35,424 nt of DNA from a virus (Duplodnaviria; Caudoviricetes). The first letter of the stretch is position 1. Each line of letters begins with the position of its first letter. A program made the position numbers and the translations under genes. A model generated the notes under the pieces. That model had not been told where the DNA came from, did no database searches, and saw only the letters and a list, made by a program, of their open reading frames with translations. The stretch spans positions 1 to 35,424 of IMG/VR virus record IMGVR_UViG_3300033485_000050; one strand, given 5' to 3'. Shown one piece after another: positions 1 to 8,044 of the stretch.

Positions 1-225
1 TATTGAATTGTTGACTTTTAGTTAAACCATTAGCCTCAGTTCCAAGAATGGACTTGATAGGATCTTTCTCTGGCACAAATGCCGCCGGAACTTTGATGGC
101 TCCAATTTTAAGAACTGTACCCATATCTTTAAGATATTGAGGAATTTCTCCTATCTTAGATTCCATATTTTTAATAGCATCCACTGTAAGATAAGAACCA
201 ATTGCTTGAGATAATTTATTTTTAA
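1..225. repeat. Terminal direct repeat, left copy (circular overlap)
   Basis: 1-225 matches 35200-35424 with one visible mismatch (G98 vs A35297). Confidence 0.97.
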
Positions 226-2317
226 CTAAGAAATTACCTAACTTGCTACCAGATTGATTAGCATAACGTTCTATTAATGCCGTCTCAATAGATTGTGTTA
301 ATGGTTTTGCCGCATCTGCTAAACCAGCACCCGCGATCATACCAATTGGTCCGCCCACTGTTCCAGCCATAGCTCCAGTTACACGATCGGTCGCTAAACC
401 TAGAGCTGCTTTAACATATTGATTTAACTCATATTTTGGAGCATTTAAAGCGGCATCAAAGTTTTGATAATACTTCTCTAATAATTTTCCTTCTGTTGCC
501 CAAGTTTTTATGAGTTTAGCATCTCGTTCTAAAGCCACAATGCTATCAATTTGTTTCACCATTTCTTCTTGAATGGTGCCCCAATATAAGCTTTTGATTT
601 GGTTCTCTAAGGTTCCGCCTTCTTGTGAAACTAAAGATTTCCAATTAATATCTGAACCAAGTTCTTTAACAAACTTATGCATGTTCTCTAAAGTAATATT
701 GCCGGACTTATCAGCTAAATTGAAAATTTTCTCATCTAATTGGGCTGAAATTTTACCTAATTGACCATCAAAATCTAATAAGGACTCAGTCTTTTGTGCC
801 AACTTAGCTAATAGATCATTAGCTTCTTTTGGTGCTAAACCAGTTAATTTAGTAGAAGCTTTATCTAATTGAGGTAGTAAAGGAGCGATCCTTTCACCTT
901 CAGCTAATTGTCTTAAACCATCTACAATCTTTTCTTTAGATTTTCCTTTTAATCCTTTTTCAGCCAAAGATTTGGCAAAAGCATCATCTACTTCATTTAA
1001 TCCTTGACGGATAATACCTTGTTCTCCAGTTACTTTTTCTACCATACCAGTAGATGAAGTAGCCAAATCTTTAGCCAACTCTGCTTTAACAGTTCCTCCA
1101 GTAACTCCAGCTAATTTGCTTTGGAAATAAGGTTCTACTGCGCCGGCGGTTTTCTTCAAACCAGATAAACCAAGCTCTCCAGTTTTAGATAAAAGAGGAC
1201 CGCCAATTCCTAAGATTAATCCAAGACCAGCTCCAATTCCAATAGATTCGGCAGCCGCTTTTGGATTTTCATCAAGAGCTAATTGAGCAATAGCTTGAGG
1301 AGCAGTTATGATCGCACCTTCCGCAGCCGTACCTAATCCTTTAGCTAATAATTGTTTACCAAAAGAAGCGCCTTCCGGAACTAATTTTCCTAAGATACCT
1401 GCTTTAGCAGCTTGGGCTAATTTAACTTCTCCGAAGACACCAGTTGGTATACCTAATTGAGCACCAATACCAGCTACCGTACCCACAGTATGAGCAGTAG
1501 ATTGTTCATTATGTTTTGCTACATCTAAAGCAATATTAGAAGCTTTACCAGCCGCAGTACCAAAATTGTCTGTGATCTTATCATTAATCCATTTTAATCC
1601 TGGTACTGATTCCATGGCGCCAAGAGCACCTACATCAGCCGCAGTTTCTGTATCAGAGGCTAATCTACGATTGGCATCATACAAAGATTGGAAATTAGGA
1701 TCTTGAAATCTAAATCCACTACTTAATAATGGAACTAATTGTTTTCTAGTAGCTAAAACTGGATCGCCATTCAAATCCAATAGTTTATAATTACCATCGT
1801 CATCGGTGACTGCATCCATAGCATGACGTTCATCAATTCTAGACCACCCAGCGGTAGTAAGATCGGTAAAATCTTGATTAACCTTTTTATTATGTTCTAC
1901 AGCCGCTGGAGCGCCCAACTTCCAACCTTCTTGTTGGAAGGTTGCCATATTGGATGGATTCTTTAACCAATCAGAATCTAATTCTTGCTCTTCACCAGTT
2001 GGAGAAATAACTAAGATGCTGCCAGGAGAAACTCCTTGGCGTTCTAAATCTTGCTGAGCCATTGGTTTAGAAGGTAAAGACCATCCTTCAGATTGGAAGG
2101 TGCTCATATTTTCTGGTTTGATTAACCAATCAATATCCAATTCCATAGGCTCGCCGTCAGGAGAAATAACATTAATTACTCCGGGCTTAACACTAGGTGC
2201 GCCTTCAAAGGTTGGACCTGTAGGACCTTCCATTTCAGGAGGAAGAGGAGGACCAAATTCCGCAGAAGGACCTGTCGGTCCGATCGGACCTATATTAGTT
2301 AAATCTGGTGTTGGCAT
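1..2317 (-). CDS. Large internal virion/DNA-ejection protein, 5' part (976 aa when joined across the circular junction)
   Basis: ATG at 2317 overlaps the upstream stop (TAATG). Open frame MPTPDLTNIGPIGPTG... runs off position 1 in frame with ORF 34586..35383. Ala/Gly/Lys-rich helical sequence with hydrophobic Gly-rich segments; last gene of the ejection block. Confidence 0.8.
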   Translation of the reverse strand, partial: MPTPDLTNIGPIGPTGPSAEFGPPLPPEMEGPTGPTFEGAPSVKPGVINVISPDGEPMELDIDWLIKPENMSTFQSEGWSLPSKPMAQQDLERQGVSPGSILVISPTGEEQELDSDWLKNPSNMATFQQEGWKLGAPAAVEHNKKVNQDFTDLTTAGWSRIDERHAMDAVTDDDGNYKLLDLNGDPVLATRKQLVPLLSSGFRFQDPNFQSLYDANRRLASDTETAADVGALGAMESVPGLKWINDKITDNFGTAAGKASNIALDVAKHNEQSTAHTVGTVAGIGAQLGIPTGVFGEVKLAQAAKAGILGKLVPEGASFGKQLLAKGLGTAAEGAIITAPQAIAQLALDENPKAAAESIGIGAGLGLILGIGGPLLSKTGELGLSGLKKTAGAVEPYFQSKLAGVTGGTVKAELAKDLATSSTGMVEKVTGEQGIIRQGLNEVDDAFAKSLAEKGLKGKSKEKIVDGLRQLAEGERIAPLLPQLDKASTKLTGLAPKEANDLLAKLAQKTESLLDFDGQLGKISAQLDEKIFNLADKSGNITLENMHKFVKELGSDINWKSLVSQEGGTLENQIKSLYWGTIQEEMVKQIDSIVALERDAKLIKTWATEGKLLEKYYQNFDAALNAPKYELNQYVKAALGLATDRVTGAMAGTVGGPIGMIAGAGLADAAKPLTQSIETALIERYANQSGSKLGNFLVKNKLSQAIGSYLTVDAIKNMESKIGEIPQYLKDMGTVLKIGAIKVPAAFVPEKDPIKSILGTEANGLTKSQQFN

Positions 2318-4305
2318 TAGCGACCGCCTGTTAGTTTAGCGATTTCGTCTTTCAATCTATCTTCTGATGAACGAGTTGGTCCTGAACTACCACCTTTGGC
2401 GGCAGTTGGTCCGGTTGGAGGTGCGGCTGAAGTTGGTCCTGCCGAAGTTGGTTTGGCAGGAACAGAAGAACTAGAACTTCCGCCTTTTGGTCTAGCAGGT
2501 ACTGCGGATCCTCCTCCAGTAGAAACTGGAACTGCACCACCAGGAGTACCTTGGGCTCCATAAGATTTTCCGCCCAATCCTTCAATATTAGATTTGTTAG
2601 CATCCAAAGCTAATTGTTTAATAGAAGCAATAGCTTTAGCTGGATCTACTGACCAAGGCATATTGTAATTAGATGCTTTTGGAATAATAGACATAGCTCT
2701 ATCAAATTCTTTATCACTCAAAGCATTACCACCACCATTAGCCTTAGCCCAAGCGGCTGCCATCTTAGAACGAATAGCATCTTCTTTGGCAGCATCAGTT
2801 GGATTTAAGATTGTACTAAATCCGCCACCTTGTCTGGTTCTCAACGCTAATAATTCATCTGCTAAACGAGCAAACTCATAAGAACCAGCAGCTCTTTCGC
2901 CATATTCTTTAGCAGCTTCTTTGGATGGAAATCTAAATAGTTTTCCATTAGGATCAGTAACAACTCTTGGATCGGAACTAGATAGTGTACCAGTTCCAGC
3001 GTAAGGATTAGCTACACCTGAAATATCCATATCAGCTTGAGCAGCAACTCTAAAATCATTGACTGAGGCTTTTTGAATAAGAGCTATTTTTTTCTCTGCT
3101 TGATCTTTAGATAAACCTGCTGCCATATAACGAGCAGTCATATCAGCTTTGGCTTTAGCAGCTACGCTCTTATCTTTACTATTAAGAGTATTTTGAGCAC
3201 CAACATAACCTGCCACTAATTGATCTTGCATAGCTTGATAATTTTGTCCAGGAGAAGCAAATTGTGTTCCTTTTAATTGAGGAAACAAATCATCTGTTTG
3301 TTGTAAAGCATTTCTCATAGCTTCGTCGGCTGGAATACCTTGAGCAACCTGGCTGGTCACTAAATCCTTCACCATAGCATTACGCTTATCAGCATCAACT
3401 CTTCTGGCTCCTGCTGCGGCAGCTTGAGCCGCTTTTTGTTGACGGATCATTTCGGCATAGAAAGAACCAGATTTTTCTTGCAATTCAATTTGTTTGGTTT
3501 CCAATGCCATATTCATATCAGCTAGTTTTCTCTTCACTTCAGGATTAGCAGACTTAGCTTGCATAGCCGCCACTTCCATCTGAGTTACTCTTAAACCAGA
3601 CTGCATATAATTAGTATAAAATTGTTGTTTAGCTAATGATTTATTCCACACAGAATCATCTACTTGAAATTGTTGTTGAACACTTCTCCAATAGCTATCT
3701 ATGTCAGATTGTTGAGATTTAATATCATTATCAATAGCGCGAGTAATTAATTCCATAGCTGGATTACCAGTAGCTCCTTTAGTCATACCAGAACCAAAAG
3801 AACCCAATCCGATCGCAATAGCAGAAAGAATATTTAAACCAGTTCCTTGTTTGTTCCAATAACGTTGAGGATCCACGCTCATAGTTCTGCCACGAGCAAT
3901 AGCTTCATCCATTGCTTTGGCGCGGCGATCAGCTTCAGCTTTACCAGCTTCCATCTCGGCTTTTTGTTGAGCCATGACATCTTGAGTAAAAGCCGAGCCT
4001 TTATCATATGCGGCAGCTAAATCATTATTAATTCCAATATCTTCTTGAGCAATATTTTGCTCAGCTTGGGCGCGTCTTGCAAAAACATCCGCCGTCAAAC
4101 CAGGAGTTTGCATTGGATTAATTGGATTAGTACCAAATTGTCCAGGTTGTGGTAATGGAGCAACAGGTGCAGGAGCTGCTTGGACAGGAGGCGCTGGTGG
4201 AGGTACCGGAGCTGCATCTAATGGTGAAGGAGCAAGAGGATCTGGTGTAGATGTTCCTGCATATTTATCACGATCCTGTTGGATCAATTGATTAGGTAAT
4301 GCCAT
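2317..4305 (-). CDS. Internal virion/ejection protein (662 aa)
   Basis: Ala/Gln-rich coiled-coil, hydrophobic segment LNILSAIAIGLGSFGSG, Pro-rich termini, position after the nozzle; RBS AAGGA. Confidence 0.65.
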   Translation of the reverse strand: MALPNQLIQQDRDKYAGTSTPDPLAPSPLDAAPVPPPAPPVQAAPAPVAPLPQPGQFGTNPINPMQTPGLTADVFARRAQAEQNIAQEDIGINNDLAAAYDKGSAFTQDVMAQQKAEMEAGKAEADRRAKAMDEAIARGRTMSVDPQRYWNKQGTGLNILSAIAIGLGSFGSGMTKGATGNPAMELITRAIDNDIKSQQSDIDSYWRSVQQQFQVDDSVWNKSLAKQQFYTNYMQSGLRVTQMEVAAMQAKSANPEVKRKLADMNMALETKQIELQEKSGSFYAEMIRQQKAAQAAAAGARRVDADKRNAMVKDLVTSQVAQGIPADEAMRNALQQTDDLFPQLKGTQFASPGQNYQAMQDQLVAGYVGAQNTLNSKDKSVAAKAKADMTARYMAAGLSKDQAEKKIALIQKASVNDFRVAAQADMDISGVANPYAGTGTLSSSDPRVVTDPNGKLFRFPSKEAAKEYGERAAGSYEFARLADELLALRTRQGGGFSTILNPTDAAKEDAIRSKMAAAWAKANGGGNALSDKEFDRAMSIIPKASNYNMPWSVDPAKAIASIKQLALDANKSNIEGLGGKSYGAQGTPGGAVPVSTGGGSAVPARPKGGSSSSSVPAKPTSAGPTSAAPPTGPTAAKGGSSGPTRSSEDRLKDEIAKLTGGR

Positions 4306-4359
4306 ATTATTTCTTTCCTTTATTTAGTTTATCATAGTTATGGTTTAATAATACTAGGC

Positions 4360-5526
4360 TCATTTTATTTTACCTTTTAGTCTAAGATTTTCTTTAATAG
4401 AACTCTTCAATTCTTCTTCCAATTTATTATATTTATGATTTAATAAGGCTAATGAAGCAAGCATGGTACCACCTAATTTGCCATAATCTACAATCTTATA
4501 TCCTTCTTCATTAGTTGAGATGGCGGCTTTACCTAATGGTGTTGACTCTATCTCTTGAGCCATCGGAGAGATTCTTCTACCATCTCCGTACTTAGGATCT
4601 TTATATTCGTAATCATATACGCCAAGAGAATCTAAGAATTCTTGCAATTGATTATCACCAGCTTGGATATTTTGTTTAGAATTAATATCAGAAGCGGCTT
4701 TATTACCCATATAACCAGCATCTCCGCCCGGTTTGTAACCAGGTTGACCTTGAACTCCGCCTTGTCCTCCGGCGGTGACATTTCCTGTATTAGATTGAGC
4801 TTGAACGTATTGTCCTCCAGCTTGTTGTTGAGCTGAGACTTGACCACCAGTAGCGTTATTTTGCGCCCAACCTAATTGTTGACCTTGTTGTGGTTGTTGA
4901 TATTGTTGCGGAGCTTGTCCTTGATATCCTCCGCCATTTTGTTGAAAACCTTGAAAACCGGCTTGAGGTCCTTGACCTTGTTGACCATATGGATTTCTCC
5001 AAGCATTATTAGCTGCCGCTTGACCATTAGTTTTATTCAAAGCATTAAGATAGTTTTGACGAGCTTGAGGATCGCTCATATTAACCGATTGAGTTAATGA
5101 TTTTGGTTGAGGAGCAGGCATCATGTTATAAGTTTGCAACGGAGTTAAATCTGTTTGAGGATTCTGAGACACAGGAATATTGTTCTGTGCCGGTTGCATT
5201 GGACCTTGACCAGCCATGGCTTGATTAATGTTTTGCATAGCTTGGCTACCATTAATCGCTTGACCAAATTGTCCAGGCGATCCTTGATATGCCATAGTTT
5301 GAGGAGGCATGCCTTGCATCATAGCCGGATTAATATTAAAATTAGGAGATGCCATCAATTGCTGAGCAATCATTGGAGATTGCGCAAAAGATTGAGGAAG
5401 ATTAATGTTGGCAGGATAATTGGATTGCAACATTGGTTGTGGCGCAATACCAGCATCTGCATTTACTCTTTGATTAAGATTCATCGGAACATCTGGAATC
5501 CAGCGACCATCGTTTAAGAATGCCAT
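4360..5526 (-). CDS. Gln/Pro-rich virion protein with complete C-terminal Peptidase_S74 (intramolecular chaperone auto-cleavage) domain
   Basis: SDINSKQNI...LDSLGVYDYEYK...MAQEIE...VDYGKL...LNHKYNKLEEELK follows the ICA pattern SDxxxKxNI / YxYK / AQE / VDY + coiled coil. Confidence 0.85.
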   Translation of the reverse strand: MAFLNDGRWIPDVPMNLNQRVNADAGIAPQPMLQSNYPANINLPQSFAQSPMIAQQLMASPNFNINPAMMQGMPPQTMAYQGSPGQFGQAINGSQAMQNINQAMAGQGPMQPAQNNIPVSQNPQTDLTPLQTYNMMPAPQPKSLTQSVNMSDPQARQNYLNALNKTNGQAAANNAWRNPYGQQGQGPQAGFQGFQQNGGGYQGQAPQQYQQPQQGQQLGWAQNNATGGQVSAQQQAGGQYVQAQSNTGNVTAGGQGGVQGQPGYKPGGDAGYMGNKAASDINSKQNIQAGDNQLQEFLDSLGVYDYEYKDPKYGDGRRISPMAQEIESTPLGKAAISTNEEGYKIVDYGKLGGTMLASLALLNHKYNKLEEELKSSIKENLRLKGKIK

Positions 5527-5527
5527 A

Positions 5528-6913
5528 TTATTTCACCAATTTGTTATAAATATTATTTAGAATCTTATTCATTTCTGCTTCGCCGATTCTAATGTTTCTT
5601 TTTGTTCTTATATCAGAAAATGCCATTGGAGGTACTGCATAAGGATTGGTTATCGGAGCTAATTGCATTGGTTGAAAACCACCTGCCTGAAAGCCTCCTG
5701 TCGATCCTAACCCATTCATTGGCATACCTGCGCCCAATTGCATTTGAGCTGGAGGAGGTGCAGCGCCTAAAGTATTATTACTAAAATCTAAAGTACCTCC
5801 ACCAAAAGCATTGTCTGAGATGGAAGGTACATTACCTTGAGGATTAGATGGCATGGAGACGCTTGGAACTGGTCGACTGATCGCTTGTTGCGAGATATTA
5901 CTACCAATTCCTTGAGCTCCTCTAGCTCCTAATTCAATTAATTTAGCTGTAGATGTTCCACCTTGTCCAGAAGCCGCACCTCCAGTGGCGCCTGCGCCCG
6001 CCATAGCGGCTTTACTAGCTCCTAATCCAACACCAGTAGTAGTTGGATAAGTCATGGTTGGTAAAGTGGCAGTTGCCATTGGTAATGCGCCCGTTCCAGC
6101 AGCACCAGCCGCCGGCAATGCTGGAGTAGCCATTGGTAAAGCTCCAGTTCCTGCGGCTCCTGCCATTGGTAGAGATGATCCTGCACCAGAAGCAGAGATG
6201 GTTGGCAAAGTAGAAACAGCGCCAGCACCTGTAGCACCGACCGTTCCACCAGCTCCTCCGGCTGCGCCACCAGCTAATCCAGCACTAGCAGCAGAAGGAA
6301 GTACTCCTCCAGATCCTGCTGCAATAGTTGGAAGAGCAGAAGCAGCCATTGGTAATCCACCCATAGAGGTTGGTAAAGCTGTTCCAGCGGCTAAAGTTGG
6401 TAATGAAGAAGCTACTGTCGCTCCTGAAGCAGCAGTACCAGCAGCAGTTGTGCCAGCCGCCGCACCTGTTGCAGCACCAGCGGCTGCTCCAGAACCAGCT
6501 CCAATAGCAGTTCCTGTTCCTGCGGCAGCAGCACCTTGAGCCACTAAACTTCCAGCAGTAGCTGCACCGGCAGCCGTTCCTGCGGCTGCGCCTCCAGCAG
6601 CAGCTCCGCCCGCGGCAGCACCTGCACCAGCCGCACCAGCGGCTCCAGCACCCGCCGCAGTTGCTCCTACAGCAGTTCCAGCAGCCGCTCCACCTGCCGC
6701 AGCAGCCGTTCCTGCGGCTGCTCCAGCGCCAGCAGCGGTACCTACAGCAGCACCTGCACCAGCAGCAGCAGGAGCAGCGGCAGCACCATAAGTAGCTACA
6801 CCAGCCACAATAGCAGCCAAGACAGCTACTCCTGCGGCAATACCTAATCCAATTTCCTCATCACTAACTTTATTGGAATATTTAAATCCTTTTACACCTT
6901 GTTGTTGTGGCAT
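5528..6913 (-). CDS. Ala/Gly-rich putative ejection protein with N-terminal hydrophobic helix and truncated S74 motif
   Basis: TM-like IGLGIAAGVAVLAAIVAGV, long poly-Ala/Gly tract, LPx repeats, ends SDIRTKRNIRIGEAEMNKILNNIYNKLVK. Confidence 0.7.
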   Translation of the reverse strand: MPQQQGVKGFKYSNKVSDEEIGLGIAAGVAVLAAIVAGVATYGAAAAPAAAGAGAAVGTAAGAGAAAGTAAAAGGAAAGTAVGATAAGAGAAGAAGAGAAAGGAAAGGAAAGTAAGAATAGSLVAQGAAAAGTGTAIGAGSGAAAGAATGAAAGTTAAGTAASGATVASSLPTLAAGTALPTSMGGLPMAASALPTIAAGSGGVLPSAASAGLAGGAAGGAGGTVGATGAGAVSTLPTISASGAGSSLPMAGAAGTGALPMATPALPAAGAAGTGALPMATATLPTMTYPTTTGVGLGASKAAMAGAGATGGAASGQGGTSTAKLIELGARGAQGIGSNISQQAISRPVPSVSMPSNPQGNVPSISDNAFGGGTLDFSNNTLGAAPPPAQMQLGAGMPMNGLGSTGGFQAGGFQPMQLAPITNPYAVPPMAFSDIRTKRNIRIGEAEMNKILNNIYNKLVK

Positions 6914-6923
6914 TTCTTTCTCC

Positions 6924-8006
6924 TTATATGATCATTAACATTTTTAGAAACTGAGGAGAATTATACACATTATCTAATACTTTACTTAATTGTTTCTCAC
7001 CAGATGTAATATTCTTTTTAGAATTAATATCAGAAGCAGCCGCAGCTACGCCACCAGCTACACCAGCAGCACCACCAGCAATAGATCCGGCAATAGAAGC
7101 ATCAATATTTGCCTGATTAATACTTAATCCTTGCTTAATACCGGCAGCGGTCAACCAGTTAGATGATTCCTGAGCTTGTTGAGCCATGGAAGCTTGGAAC
7201 TGAGCCAAGTTCATTTGTTGTAACATGCTCATATAGTTATTGTATTGTTGAGCATTTAAAGCATTCTGAGCTTGTTGAGCTCCTAAGTTTCCTTGGTTAG
7301 CTTCTTGATACAATCCAGCTTGGTACTGTTGTTGTTGTTGATTCATTTGTGCTTGCAATGCATTTTGTTGGTTGATCGCACCCATAGAAGCTAATTGAGC
7401 TTGTTGAGTTAATTGAGCTTGATTGCCAGCAAATGATTGTGCCTGTTGATTCATACCACCAAGCAATTGTCCTTGAGCTTGCATAGCAGCCATTTCTTCT
7501 TGAGTTCTACCAGCTACAGCTTGTTGAGCGGCTTGTTGCATGGATTGAGCACCCATTTGTTGAGCTTGATAAGCAGCTAAAGCAGGATTGGAAGCTCCTC
7601 TTTGCGCTCCAAGCATTGCCATTTGGTTTTGTAAATTTTGTTGTTGAGCTTGTTGAGCTTGGACTTGAGCCATAGAAGGACCTTGACCAGCAGCCATGGC
7701 GCCCAATTGATTGGCTAATTGCCATTGAGCATTCCAGCTTTGGTTATATTGTCCTTGATCCATTTTGGCGCCACCATAGGTAGCAGTATTACCAAGCTGT
7801 GCGGCTTGACCAGCATTGACATAGCCCATTTGAGGAGCTGCGCCTGTGGTAGTACCAAGCATGTTATTCATGCCGCCTTGCCAATTGCCTGCTTGATTGC
7901 CAACAGGATTCTTATAAGCATTTGGATCAACTTTTGGATAATTCATCAAATCATCGCCTGGCGAATCATCGACGTTGACACTTTTAACTTGTTGTGTATC
8001 GACCAT
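6924..8006 (-). CDS. Gln/Ala/Asn-rich pilot/ejection protein with truncated S74 motif
   Basis: Q/A/N-rich helical repeats, then a Gly/Ala hydrophobic stretch, then SDINSKKNITSGEKQLSKVLDNVY; first gene after the nozzle. Confidence 0.7.
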   Translation of the reverse strand: MVDTQQVKSVNVDDSPGDDLMNYPKVDPNAYKNPVGNQAGNWQGGMNNMLGTTTGAAPQMGYVNAGQAAQLGNTATYGGAKMDQGQYNQSWNAQWQLANQLGAMAAGQGPSMAQVQAQQAQQQNLQNQMAMLGAQRGASNPALAAYQAQQMGAQSMQQAAQQAVAGRTQEEMAAMQAQGQLLGGMNQQAQSFAGNQAQLTQQAQLASMGAINQQNALQAQMNQQQQQYQAGLYQEANQGNLGAQQAQNALNAQQYNNYMSMLQQMNLAQFQASMAQQAQESSNWLTAAGIKQGLSINQANIDASIAGSIAGGAAGVAGGVAAAASDINSKKNITSGEKQLSKVLDNVYNSPQFLKMLMII

Positions 8007-8044
8007 GTATTATTTCCTTTATTAAATAGCTTTTTATTGTAATA

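Noticed and set aside
6050-6400. Sortase LPxTG signals in the LPx repeats
   Set aside because: No exact LPxTG, the motifs are internal, and no TM plus basic tail follows
6054-6539. 161-aa antisense ORF and other shadow ORFs (e.g. 5155..5517, 7719..8042, 15933..16325, 32620..33000)
   Set aside because: Opposite-strand or alternate frames of long Ala/Gly-rich genes, which lack stops for compositional reasons; no RBS
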